DNA from: an uncultured Bacillota bacterium | GTDB lineage: Bacteria; Sysuimicrobiota; Sysuimicrobiia; Sysuimicrobiales; Segetimicrobiaceae | Direction of reading: 5' to 3' | Length of the DNA stretch: 64,000 nt | NCBI GenBank assembly: GCA_963804645.1 | Contig: CAWDRG010000018.1 | Span: forward strand, 46,116 to 110,115 | In this document: one piece after another, positions 50,385-59,995 of the stretch | Numbering within the stretch: the stretch's first letter is position 1 | Layout of the letters: each line of letters opens with the position of its first letter | The notes under the pieces: generated by a model | Databases searched by the model: none | Told to the model about the DNA's origin: nothing | The model's input: the letters and a program-made list of their open reading frames with translations, nothing else | Program-made: the position numbers and the translations under genes

Positions 50385-51092
50385 ATGGCAGAGGACGGCA
50401 AGGTCGCGGTCGTGACCGGAGGAAACCGCGGGCTCGGGCTCGAGACATGCCGGCAGCTTGCGGAGCGAGGTTACCGGGTCGTCCTCGGCAGCCGGGACCT
50501 CTCCAAGGGACGGGCCGCGGCGAAGCCCTTGACCGAGCGCGGCCTGTCGGTCGTGCCGATGGCGCTGGACGTCACCAACGCCGCCGAGATCGATCGCTGC
50601 TGCGCGGAAATCACGGCCCAGTTCGGGCGCGTGGATGTGCTGATTAATAACGCCGGGATCTCGCTGGACCGGGGGCGCAGCGTGCTTGCGGTGGAGGTCG
50701 AGACGTTTCGCGCGACGATGGAGACGAACTTCTGCGGCCCGCTTCGGTTGTGTCAGGTGATGGTCCCGGATATGGTGCGCCGCGGATATGGACGGGTCGT
50801 GAACGTGTCGTCCCGGGTGGGGCAGCTCTCGACGATGGGCGATCGCTCGCCCGCGTACGCGGCCAGCAAGGCCGCGCTGAACGCGCTGACGAGGCTCGTC
50901 GCGGGCGCGACGGCGGGTACGAACGTCCTTGTGAACTCCGCGGCGCCCGGATGGGTGCGGACGGACATGGGCGGGCCGGGCGCTGCACGCTCCCTCGAAG
51001 AGGGCGCCGATACGATCGTGTGGCTGGCCACGCTCCCGGACGGCGGGCCGTCCGGGCAGTTTTTTTACGACCGCGCCTCGATCCCGTGGTAG
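50385..51092 (+). CDS. SDR oxidoreductase (carbonyl-reductase-like)
   Basis: TGGNRGLG, NNAG, YAASK, PGWVRTDMGG. Confidence 0.9.
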   Translation: MAEDGKVAVVTGGNRGLGLETCRQLAERGYRVVLGSRDLSKGRAAAKPLTERGLSVVPMALDVTNAAEIDRCCAEITAQFGRVDVLINNAGISLDRGRSVLAVEVETFRATMETNFCGPLRLCQVMVPDMVRRGYGRVVNVSSRVGQLSTMGDRSPAYAASKAALNALTRLVAGATAGTNVLVNSAAPGWVRTDMGGPGAARSLEEGADTIVWLATLPDGGPSGQFFYDRASIPW

Positions 51093-51167
51093 CGAGAGGC
51101 GGATCGGCCCGGTCGTGTACGCGCGGGGTGCGGCGCGGCATCGCGGGCATCCCGGTGAGGTGAGCGA

Positions 51168-51851
51168 ATGGCGGAGTTTCTGGTGATTGGGTCCCATCCC
51201 GACGACGCGGAGATCGGGATGGGAGGAACCGTGGCGGCGCTCGGGGAGCAGGGGCACCGGGTGACGCTCTTGGACCTGACGAACGGCGAGCCGACGCCGA
51301 TGGGCACGCCGGAGCGGCGCCGGGCCGAGAGCGAGGCGGCCGCCCGGGTGCTCGGGGTCGAGCGGCGGATCACCCTGCCGCTGCCGAACCGCTATCTCAT
51401 GGACACGATCGAGAACCGGGTGGCGGTCGCGGAGGTGATCCGGGAGGTGCGCCCGGCGATCCTGTTCATCCCGTACTGGGTCGACGCGCATCCCGATCAC
51501 CTCGCGGCGGAGCGGCTGTCCGAGGCGGCCCGGTTCTACGGGAAGCTGACCAAGACCGAGATGCGGGGCGCGCCGTTCTACGCGCCGCGGATCCTGCACT
51601 TTTTCTGTTCGCACTACCGGCTGCACGCCGACCCCGCCATTGTGCTCGACATCTCCGGACAGATCGAGCGCAAACTCGACGCCATCGCCTGCTATCAATC
51701 GCAGTTCAACGAAGACCGCGGCAATCTCGGGGCCCTCGGCAACATCCGCGTCGTGAACCAGTATTGGGGCAGCCGGATCCGCTGCGCGTACGGCGAGCCG
51801 TTCGCGAGCAAAGAGGCGATCGGGCTGCGCGGGCTGGGAGATCTGCTGTGA
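51168..51851 (+). CDS. bshB1: PIG-L family N-acetylglucosaminide deacetylase, BshB1-like
   Basis: HPDDAEIGMGG, LTNGE, HPDH, YQSQF. Confidence 0.8.
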   Translation: MAEFLVIGSHPDDAEIGMGGTVAALGEQGHRVTLLDLTNGEPTPMGTPERRRAESEAAARVLGVERRITLPLPNRYLMDTIENRVAVAEVIREVRPAILFIPYWVDAHPDHLAAERLSEAARFYGKLTKTEMRGAPFYAPRILHFFCSHYRLHADPAIVLDISGQIERKLDAIACYQSQFNEDRGNLGALGNIRVVNQYWGSRIRCAYGEPFASKEAIGLRGLGDLL

Positions 51852-53422
51852 CCGGCGGCGGCCCTCCGCCCGCGGCGGCGCTCGACTACGCGATCCCGGA
51901 GCGATCGGGCGAGGCGCTGATCGTCCCCTCGCTCGATCGGGTCCCGGCCCTGCTGGCCGAGAGCCATGCGATGATGCGGTGGGACGGCGCGGACGTGCTC
52001 GGCGTGCCGCTCGGCGAGTTCCGCCGCCGGACGCGGACGCGCGCGCTCGCCCTCGCCGGCGAGTACACGGGCGCGGCGGCCCCCGCCGACACCCGCCCCC
52101 TCGTGGTCATGGGCCACCAGCCGGTCTTGTTTCACCCGGGGGTGTGGTTCAAATACCTGCTGCTGACGCGGATCACGTCCGCCACGTCCGCCGCCGGCCT
52201 GCACCTGATCGTCGATACGGACGCGACCGGCCCGATCGGCGCCGACGTGCCCGATGAGCGCGACCAGCTCGTCCGCGCCCGCGAGACGCTGATCGATCTC
52301 GAGGTCGATGTGCCGCTCGAAGCCGCGCCGGTGCCCGAGCCGGCCGCGTGGACCGCGTTTGTCGAGCGGATGCAGGCGCACCTCGCGACCGTGCGGCTGC
52401 CGGCCCTCGCGGCGCGGTTCGGCGCGTGGGCCGACGGCGCCGGCGAGGCCCGGGGCGCGGCGTCGCTCGGGACGTGGCTCGCGCGGCTGCGGCGCCGCTA
52501 CGAGGCGCAGGCGGGCGCCCCGGGCTATCTCGAGCTGCCGATGTCCTGGCTCGCGGACACGCCCGAGTTTCGCGCGTTCGCCCTCCACCTGCTGCGCGCG
52601 CCCAACGAACTCGCCCGCGTGTACAACGGCCAGCTCGAGGCGTACCGGGCCGCGCACCGGCTCCGCTCCTCGGCGAACCCATTTCCGAACCTGACGACCG
52701 GCGGGGACCGCGTGGAGGCGCCGTTCTGGGTGGTCCACGGCGGGCGACGCCGCGAGCTGTACGTCGCCCGTACCGATGGAACTCTCATGCTGACCGTCGG
52801 CGCCGAGCCGATCGCGACGATCCCCACCGACGCGTCGGGAGTGGACGCGCTGGCGGAGCGCGGGATCGCGCTGCGGCCCAAGGCGATCGCCCTCACGATG
52901 TTCGCGCGGCTGTGCCTCGGCGATCTGTTCGTCCACGGGGTCGGCGGCGGTCGGTACGACCGCGTGACCGACGCGATTGCCGGCGAGCTGTTCGGGTGCC
53001 GTCCCGCGCCGTACCTCGTCGCGACCGCGACCCTGCATCTCCCGCTCGCGGCGGCGGCGGCCGGCGGGGAACGCCGTGCGATCGAGCGGCGCCTGATGGA
53101 CCTCCGGCACAATCCCGACCGGTACCTCCCCGCGGCGACCGACGCGCAGCAGCGTCTGGTCGACGAGAAGTGGGAGCTGATCCGCGCGGTGGAGGCGATG
53201 CGTCCGGGCCCGGAGCGCCGGGCCGCGACGCGGCGCATCCGCGCGATCAACGCATCGCTCGCGGCCGACCTCGCCGCGGAGGTCGCGGACGTGGAGGCCC
53301 AGCTCGCCGGGCTCGGCGCGTCGGAGGGAGAGGGCGCCGCCGAGTCACGGGACTACCCGTACTGTTTGTTCGATCCCGCCGAAGTCGCCGCGCTCGCGGG
53401 AGTGCCGCGGTCGCCAGCCTGA
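51848..53422 (+). CDS. Divergent BshC-like protein
   Basis: MGHQPVLFHPGVWFKY resembles the BshC TGQQ..GPLY..K region; LRPKA, C-terminal coiled coil and SRDY; coupled to bshB1. Confidence 0.6.
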   Translation: MTGGGPPPAAALDYAIPERSGEALIVPSLDRVPALLAESHAMMRWDGADVLGVPLGEFRRRTRTRALALAGEYTGAAAPADTRPLVVMGHQPVLFHPGVWFKYLLLTRITSATSAAGLHLIVDTDATGPIGADVPDERDQLVRARETLIDLEVDVPLEAAPVPEPAAWTAFVERMQAHLATVRLPALAARFGAWADGAGEARGAASLGTWLARLRRRYEAQAGAPGYLELPMSWLADTPEFRAFALHLLRAPNELARVYNGQLEAYRAAHRLRSSANPFPNLTTGGDRVEAPFWVVHGGRRRELYVARTDGTLMLTVGAEPIATIPTDASGVDALAERGIALRPKAIALTMFARLCLGDLFVHGVGGGRYDRVTDAIAGELFGCRPAPYLVATATLHLPLAAAAAGGERRAIERRLMDLRHNPDRYLPAATDAQQRLVDEKWELIRAVEAMRPGPERRAATRRIRAINASLAADLAAEVADVEAQLAGLGASEGEGAAESRDYPYCLFDPAEVAALAGVPRSPA

Positions 53423-53448
53423 GCGGCCCGGGCCGCGAACCGGACTCC

Positions 53449-54153
53449 GTGCTCGCCGCCGACGGCGTCTCGCGATCGTATGGGCGAGAGCGGGTCCTCC
53501 GCGGGGCCACGCTCGCCGTGGGGCCGGGCGGCGGCCTCGCGATCCTCGGGCCGAACGGCTCCGGCAAGTCGACGCTGCTCCGCGTCCTCGCGGCGTCGCT
53601 GCGTCCGTCGGAAGGACGGGTGCGGGTCTACGGCCGCGATCCGTTCGCGGACCCCGAGGCGCGCCGCGCGATCGGGTATGTCGGCCACGAGCCGATGCTG
53701 TACGGCGGGCTCTCCGCCGTCGAGAATCTCCGGCTGTTCGCCGCCCTGTACGGTGTGTCCGATCCACGCGCCCGGGCGGCATGGGCGTGCGACGTGGTCG
53801 GCCTCCGCCGGCGGAACGAGCCGGTTCGCGTCCTTTCGCGCGGCCTCATGCTCCGCGCCGCGCTTGCGCGTGCGATCGTGCACCGGCCGACGATCCTGCT
53901 GCTCGACGAAGCCCTCGGCGGCCTCGATCTCGACGCGGCGGCCCGCGTGACCGAGTTCCTGCTGGCGTTTCGCCGGGACGGCGGCGCCATCGTGTTCGCC
54001 ACGCACCACCCGGGGGAGGCGCTGCGCATCGCCGACACCGCGCACGTCCTGGCGCGCGGCCGGCTCGGGGCGCCGCGGCCGCTCGGCGGGATGGACGCCG
54101 CCGGCCTCGAGACGTGGTATCGGGCCGCCGCCGGCGCCGGGGGCGCGCGGTGA
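53449..54153 (+). CDS. ccmA: Heme exporter ATPase CcmA-like (start uncertain)
   Basis: GPNGSGKSTLL, GYVGHEPMLY, ENL, LSRG, LLDE. Confidence 0.8.
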   Translation: MLAADGVSRSYGRERVLRGATLAVGPGGGLAILGPNGSGKSTLLRVLAASLRPSEGRVRVYGRDPFADPEARRAIGYVGHEPMLYGGLSAVENLRLFAALYGVSDPRARAAWACDVVGLRRRNEPVRVLSRGLMLRAALARAIVHRPTILLLDEALGGLDLDAAARVTEFLLAFRRDGGAIVFATHHPGEALRIADTAHVLARGRLGAPRPLGGMDAAGLETWYRAAAGAGGAR

Positions 54154-54818
54154 AGACGGTGTGGCTCCTCGCCTGGAAGGACCTGGTCGTCGAGGCCCGC
54201 ACGCGGGAGCTGCTGACCTCGATGAGCCTCGTCGCATTCCTCGCGGTGGTCATCCTCGGACTCGCCGTGGGGACGGAGCCGTCGGTCGTGTCCGCCGTGA
54301 CGCCCGCGGTCTTGTGGGCGACGGTGGCGTTCGGCGCGACGCTCGGGTTGGCGCGCGCGCACGCGCTTGAGCAGGAGCGCGATGCGCTCAAGGGCATTCT
54401 GCTGACCCCCGTCAGCCGCGCCGAGGTGTTCCTCGGCAAGTTCACGGCCAATCTGATCCTCGTCCTCGCGCTCCAGGCGGTCGTGGCCCTGTCGACCGCG
54501 GTCCTGATCAATCCCGAGGTGGCCCGGCGCGGCGTGATGCTCGCGGCTCCGCTCGCGCTCGGCGCCGTGGGGTTCGCGGCGGTCGGGACACTGCTCGGGA
54601 CCATGACGGCCACGACGCGGCTGCGGGAGGTGCTGCTGCCAATCCTCCTGCTTCCGGTCGTGCTGCCCGTCGTGATCGTGTCGGTGGCGGCGATCTCACT
54701 GGTGCTCGACGGCGTCGGGTGGGGGGCGCTGGCCGGACCGCTCAAGCTGCTCGCGGCGTACGATCTCGTGTACGTGATCCTCGGAGCGTGGCTGTTCGAG
54801 TTTGTGGTGGCGGAGTAG
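54150..54818 (+). CDS. ccmB: Heme exporter permease CcmB
   Basis: KDLVVEARTRE, FLGK, REVLLPILLLPV, FEFVV. Confidence 0.88.
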   Translation: MKTVWLLAWKDLVVEARTRELLTSMSLVAFLAVVILGLAVGTEPSVVSAVTPAVLWATVAFGATLGLARAHALEQERDALKGILLTPVSRAEVFLGKFTANLILVLALQAVVALSTAVLINPEVARRGVMLAAPLALGAVGFAAVGTLLGTMTATTRLREVLLPILLLPVVLPVVIVSVAAISLVLDGVGWGALAGPLKLLAAYDLVYVILGAWLFEFVVAE

Positions 54819-54920
54819 GACGCGCGGGACAGGAGTCGCGCGCGGCACCACGAACCGGGCCGATAGGCGTGACGCCATCATCCAGCGGTCCGGTGTTGTG
54901 ATTCGTGGAGGTGATCGGAG

Positions 54921-55361
54921 ATGAACGCCCGTGTGCTGCTGCTCGCGTGCGCCGTCGTCGCCGCGGTCTCTCCGGCGCTGGCGGCCGGCCCGACCGGGTA
55001 CGACGGCAGGTACTCGGGGAGCATTGAGTGTGATGCCCTGCCCGGACAGGAGCCGCTCCGGAACGAACAGTTTCCGCTCGAATTCAAAGACGGCCAAGCG
55101 CAGTACCAGCGGGCCGTTCGTCAGGCGAACTCAATCACCCCGATCGGGGTGACCGCCTATGGGAAGGGCACGGTGTCTCCGGCCGGGGACGTGTCCCTGA
55201 CAGAGACGGCAGACGGGAAGGGATGGGGCTTCAAGGCGACCTATCAGGGCCGGTTCGACGGCAAGACCGCCAAGCTGTCGGGCGCACAGCAGTGGCAAAT
55301 GCCGGTCACCGGGTCTCCCTACACGCGACCCTGCACCATCGCGCTGTCTCCGTCCAAGTAG
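54921..55361 (+). CDS. Secreted hypothetical beta-rich protein
   Basis: GGAGG RBS, signal peptide, YDGRYSGSIEC...RPCTIAL. Confidence 0.7.
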   Translation: MNARVLLLACAVVAAVSPALAAGPTGYDGRYSGSIECDALPGQEPLRNEQFPLEFKDGQAQYQRAVRQANSITPIGVTAYGKGTVSPAGDVSLTETADGKGWGFKATYQGRFDGKTAKLSGAQQWQMPVTGSPYTRPCTIALSPSK

Positions 55362-55589
55362 GTCCGAGGGCACCGCGTGCGCCTTCCACTGTCGGGCGCG
55401 TCGCAGCGGCGCGTTCCGGGCAGCGGCGCCCCGTACACACGGCCGTGCACGATTTCGGTGTCCCGCTGGACATAGACCCACGTACGCGTCGCCCGAGGAT
55501 CGTCCCGCGGCGCGCGTGACCCCGCGCACGGCCCGCGCGGTGCGGTGGATGTCCACGAGCCGCTGAGGGATGGGCCTATTCTCGCCGGA

Positions 55590-55646
55590 TTGACCTGGAT
55601 ATTGGCATCCTGTATAGTGGTGTTAGGGTTCACGTGATCGATAACA
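55590..55646 (+). promoter_or_regulatory. Sigma70 promoter and LacI-type operator
   Basis: TTGACC-N17-TATAGT (55590-55618); near-palindrome GTGATCGATAAC (55634-55645). Confidence 0.7.
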
Positions 55647-55647
55647 T

Positions 55648-56664
55648 ATGACAAAACAGCGTACTTCGGTCAAAGCGACCGTGACCATCACGGACGTCGC
55701 CCGGGAGGCTGGGGTGTCGACGCAAACCGTGTCACGGGTCCTTAACAACAAGGGGGAGATCAGCCCCGCCACGCGCCGGACCGTGGAGGACGTGATCCAT
55801 CGACTCGGGTACCGGCCGAACGCGATCGCACGGAGCCTCGTGACCCGGCGAACGCTAAGCCTCGGTCTGGTCGTTCCCGACATCACCAACCCGTTCTTTC
55901 CCGAGATCGCCCGCGGCGCCGAGGAGATGGCGCTGGCGGCGGGCTACAACGTGTTCCTCTGCAACACGATCGAGCAGCCCGAGCGCGAGGTCAGCGTGCT
56001 CCGGTCGCTCGAGGAGAAGCGCGTGGACGGCGTCGTGGTCTGCAGCGCCCGCCTGCCGGACGAGCAGCTCCTCCCGGTGCTGCGCCGGCAGCAGGCGGTC
56101 GTCCTCGTCAACCGCATGGCGCCGCCGGATGTGGCGGGTATCGTCCGCGTGGACGACGCGAACGGCAGCGAGCAGGCGGTCCGGTACCTGTGCGGGCGGG
56201 GCCTCCGGCGGCTCGGCATGCTGGCGGGTCCGCCGACGTCGTTCAGCGGCAGAGAGCGGCGGCACGGTTTTCTCGACGCCACGCGCGCCGCGGAGGTGAT
56301 GGTGGAGCCCTCGTGGATCGCGTGCTGCCCGCCGACGCTCGACGGCGGGCACCAGGCCGCGCGCGACGTACTCTCCAGCGGGGGCGTGCAGGGATTGGTG
56401 TGCTACAACGACCTCGTCGCCGTCGGCGCGCTGCAGGCGTGTCGCGAGCTCGGGGTACGCGTGCCGGACGATCTCGCGATCGTCGGGTGCGATGACATTC
56501 CGCTCGCGAGCCTGGTGACCCCGGCACTGACGACGGTGCGGATTTCCAAGTTCGAGATCGGCGCGACCGCGGTGCGCATGCTGCTGGACCGCATCGAAGG
56601 GGTGAGCGACCGCGCCGAGGTGGTGATGCAGCCGGAGTTGATCGTGCGGGCGAGCGCGGGATAG
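55648..56664 (+). CDS. LacI family regulator
   Basis: TITDVAREAGVSTQTVSRVLN, NPFF, VGCDD, PALTTV. Confidence 0.93.
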   Translation: MTKQRTSVKATVTITDVAREAGVSTQTVSRVLNNKGEISPATRRTVEDVIHRLGYRPNAIARSLVTRRTLSLGLVVPDITNPFFPEIARGAEEMALAAGYNVFLCNTIEQPEREVSVLRSLEEKRVDGVVVCSARLPDEQLLPVLRRQQAVVLVNRMAPPDVAGIVRVDDANGSEQAVRYLCGRGLRRLGMLAGPPTSFSGRERRHGFLDATRAAEVMVEPSWIACCPPTLDGGHQAARDVLSSGGVQGLVCYNDLVAVGALQACRELGVRVPDDLAIVGCDDIPLASLVTPALTTVRISKFEIGATAVRMLLDRIEGVSDRAEVVMQPELIVRASAG

Positions 56665-56724
56665 GCCCGCGGGACCGGAAGACGGCACGGCACGCGCAGG
56701 GTGACTATGAACGGGAGGTGCGAC

Positions 56725-57936
56725 GTGACGCACGACGGACAGGGTCTCAGCCGTAGGAAGTTTTTGATCGGCGCAGGAGTCGCGGCGGCGGGTGCCGGCC
56801 TGCTGCCAGGGATGCAGGGCATCGCGCTCGGGGCCTCGGCGGCGCTGCCCCCGATGCCGACGCGGCCGCTCGACTTGACCATCATCGACGTCGCCGGGCA
56901 GCTGCAGTTGACGAAGGCGATCATCGAAGACTACGCCAAGGCGCACGCTCAGTACGTCGGGCGGATCGATTACGAGACCGCGACGGCGCCCGAGCTGCCC
57001 GCCAAGATCAAGGCCCAGCAGCAGGCGAACCAGGTGCAGATCGACATGGTCCTCACCGGTTCGGACGCGCTGTCGGCCGGCGTCGTCCAGGGGATTTGGA
57101 CGACGCTCTTGCCCGATTACCAGGCGAAGTTCCCGAACATCATCGGCAACTACCAGCAGCCGAAAGCGCAGGGGCTGGCCCAGGGGTACGGCATTCTCGA
57201 CGTGTTCGGCAACTACGGTCCGACATTTACGTACAACCCGGCGAAGCTGCCGACGGTCCCGAAGACGACGGACGACCTGCTCGCGTGGGCGAAGAGCAAC
57301 CCGGGACAGTTGATCTATGCGCGCCCCGCCAACTCCGGACCGGGCCGGTCGTTCATGATGGGTCTCCCGTATCTGCTCGGGGAGGCGAATCCGCGCGATC
57401 CGGCGACGTGGACGAAGGTGTGGCCGTACTTTGAAGAGCTCGGGAAGTACATTCAGTATTACCCCACCGGGACCGCGGGCACGTACCAGGAGCTCGGCCA
57501 GGGGGCGCGGACGATCGCGCTGTCGACGATGGGCTGGGACCTGAACGTCCGGATCCTCGGAGTGGTGCCAAAGAATTTCGGCGCCTTCACCTTGGCCAAG
57601 GAGCATCTGGTCGCCGATACTCAGTACGTGTGCGTGCCAAAGGGGATCGCTCCAGAGATGCTGGGGTTGGTGCTCGATCTGACCGCGTGGATCCTGCGGC
57701 CGGATCAGCAGGCGAAAGTGTACGACAACGCGTACTTCTACCCCGGGCCGGCGGTGAAGGGCGTCACGCTCTCGATGGCGCCGACAGCCAGCCAGGACGC
57801 GATCGGACCGGTCCGCCGCGCGTCGTTCGATGAACTGATCCGAACCAGCCCGATCGAGATTCCGCTCGATCCGGACAAACTCGTCGCGGGGTTCCAGATT
57901 TGGGACCAGAGAGTCGGCGCGAACAAGCTCAAGTGA
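56725..57936 (+). CDS. Tat-exported ABC substrate-binding protein (PotD/AfuA-like family)
   Basis: SRRKFL Tat motif; YARPANSGPG; operon context. Confidence 0.85.
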   Translation: MTHDGQGLSRRKFLIGAGVAAAGAGLLPGMQGIALGASAALPPMPTRPLDLTIIDVAGQLQLTKAIIEDYAKAHAQYVGRIDYETATAPELPAKIKAQQQANQVQIDMVLTGSDALSAGVVQGIWTTLLPDYQAKFPNIIGNYQQPKAQGLAQGYGILDVFGNYGPTFTYNPAKLPTVPKTTDDLLAWAKSNPGQLIYARPANSGPGRSFMMGLPYLLGEANPRDPATWTKVWPYFEELGKYIQYYPTGTAGTYQELGQGARTIALSTMGWDLNVRILGVVPKNFGAFTLAKEHLVADTQYVCVPKGIAPEMLGLVLDLTAWILRPDQQAKVYDNAYFYPGPAVKGVTLSMAPTASQDAIGPVRRASFDELIRTSPIEIPLDPDKLVAGFQIWDQRVGANKLK

Positions 57937-59068
57937 CGCAGGACGCGGCTCCCGCGCGGCGCCCCGCCCCGGCTGTGGAGCCGGCGGCGGGGCCGCCGGC
58001 GCGGAAGATGCAGCGCCTCCAGATCCGGGATCTCGGCAAGCGGTTCGGGGAGGCGGCGGCGCTGCGCGCCTTCGACCTCGACGTGCACGGGGGGGAGTTC
58101 ATCAGCCTGCTCGGCCCCTCGGGCTGCGGCAAGTCGACCGCGCTCAACTGCATCGCGGGGCTGCTCGAGCCCGATGCCGGCTCGATTCTGCTCGACGACC
58201 TCGACCTCGTCCGGGTGCCCACCGAGCGCCGCGGATTTGGGATGGTGTTTCAGAACTACGCGCTCTTCCCCCACATGACGGTCGCGCGCAACGTGGCGTT
58301 TGGGCTGGAGATGATGGGCGTGGCGCGCGAGGCGATCACGCGCCGCGTGGCGCAGGCGCTCGCGCTGGTCCATCTGGAGGGGCTCGGCGACCGCTACCCC
58401 GCGCAGATGAGCGGCGGGCAGCAGCAGCGCGTCGCGCTGGCCCGCGCGCTCGTGGTGGAGCCGCGCCTCCTGCTGCTCGATGAGCCGCTCAGCAACCTCG
58501 ACGCGAAGCTCAGGCTGGAGATGCGGCTCGAGATCCGGCGGCTCCACCAGACGCTCGGGCTCACGACCGTGTACGTGACCCACGACCAGGAAGAGGCGCT
58601 GTCCCTGTCCGACCGCATCGCGCTGATGCAGGAGGGGACGATCCGGCAGGTCGGCACGCCCGAAGAGGTGTACCGCCGGCCGCGGTCCGCGTTCGTCGCC
58701 AACTTCCTCGGCTATCGCAACCTCCTGGACGTGACCGTCGGAGCGCGGCACGACGGGCGGGTCGACGTCGTCGTCCCCGGCGGCCTGACGCTGACCGGGA
58801 CCGCGCAGGGGGACGTCGCGGCCGGGGCCGCGGCGGTCGCGGCGATTCGCCCGGAGGACGTAGAGATCGTGCCCGCGGGCAGCGCCGTCGACCAGGGCGT
58901 CCCGGCGCGCCTCGAACTCGCGGAGTTCCTCGGCAACGTGTTCGAGTGCATTCTCGACGCGGGGGCCGGCGTGCGTCTCATCGCCCGGACCCCGGAGCGC
59001 TGGCCCGAGGGGGAGCGGTCGTCGTGCGGCTCGCTCCCGACCGGCTGCTCGTGTTTCCCCGGGGGTAG
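57933..59068 (+). CDS. ABC ATPase (PotA-like), C-terminal frameshift near 59015
   Basis: GPSGCGKS, FQNYALFPH, MSGGQQQR, YVTHDQEEA; alternative frame gives VVRLAPDRLLVFPGG*. Confidence 0.88.
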
Positions 59069-59074
59069 GGCGGG

Positions 59075-59995
59075 GTGCCGGCGCAGCTGTCGCAGCCTTC
59101 CGTGACCGCCGCGGCGCCGTCTGCGCGGCCGGTGTATCGCTCGCCGTGGATCGGGCTGGCGCCGCTGTATCCCGCGCTCTTGATAGTCTTGGTGCTGTTC
59201 GTCTATCCGTTTATCTACGGGTTGGCGCTCTCGCTGCATCCGATCGGTGCGGCCGCGAAGGGCGGGATGTTCGGCGACTACGCCGCGTTCTTCGGGGACC
59301 CGCGGGAGCGCCAGTCGATTTGGAACACGCTGCGCCTCGCCGCGCCGGTCACGGTGCTTGACCTCGCGCTCGCGCTGCCGCTGGCCTATCAGCTCAGACG
59401 TCCCCTGCCGGGCCAGCGGCTCATCACCGGGCTGCTCGTCGTCCCGATGACGCTCGGGACCGTGCTCATCGCGGAGGGCATGATCGAGTTCTTCGGCCCG
59501 GCGGGATGGTTCAACAAGACGCTGCTGGCCCTGCACCTCACCCAGATGCCGGTGCAGCTCGTGCACAACTACACGGGCGTGTTCATCTCCTTGCTGATCG
59601 CGGACTTCCCCGCGGTGTTCCTGATCCTCGTCGGGTTCGCGTCCGGCATCGATCCCAACCTGGAGCGCGCGGCCCGCGTGCTCGGGGCGGGCTGGTGGCG
59701 GCGCCTGACGCGCATCGTGCTGCCGCTGCTCGCGCCCGGCATCGCCGCGGCGGCCGCGCTGTCGTTTGTGGCCACGTTCTCCGTGTTTCCGTCCGCCGTC
59801 CTGGTCGGCGAGCCGGCCGGCTGCACGCGCGTGATCGCGCTCGCCGCGTGGCAGGCGGCCTACGAGCGGTACGATTACGCGTCGGCGTCGGCGATCGCGA
59901 TCGTGATGGCGGCGATTGAGCTCGTGTTCGTGGCGCTCGTTCTGATCCTGCGCGGCCGGGCGTACCAGGGCCCGACGATCGGGGGGAGGACGTGA
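59075..59995 (+). CDS. ABC permease (PotB-like)
   Basis: IDPNLERAARVLGA EAA loop; polytopic. Confidence 0.88.
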   Translation: MPAQLSQPSVTAAAPSARPVYRSPWIGLAPLYPALLIVLVLFVYPFIYGLALSLHPIGAAAKGGMFGDYAAFFGDPRERQSIWNTLRLAAPVTVLDLALALPLAYQLRRPLPGQRLITGLLVVPMTLGTVLIAEGMIEFFGPAGWFNKTLLALHLTQMPVQLVHNYTGVFISLLIADFPAVFLILVGFASGIDPNLERAARVLGAGWWRRLTRIVLPLLAPGIAAAAALSFVATFSVFPSAVLVGEPAGCTRVIALAAWQAAYERYDYASASAIAIVMAAIELVFVALVLILRGRAYQGPTIGGRT

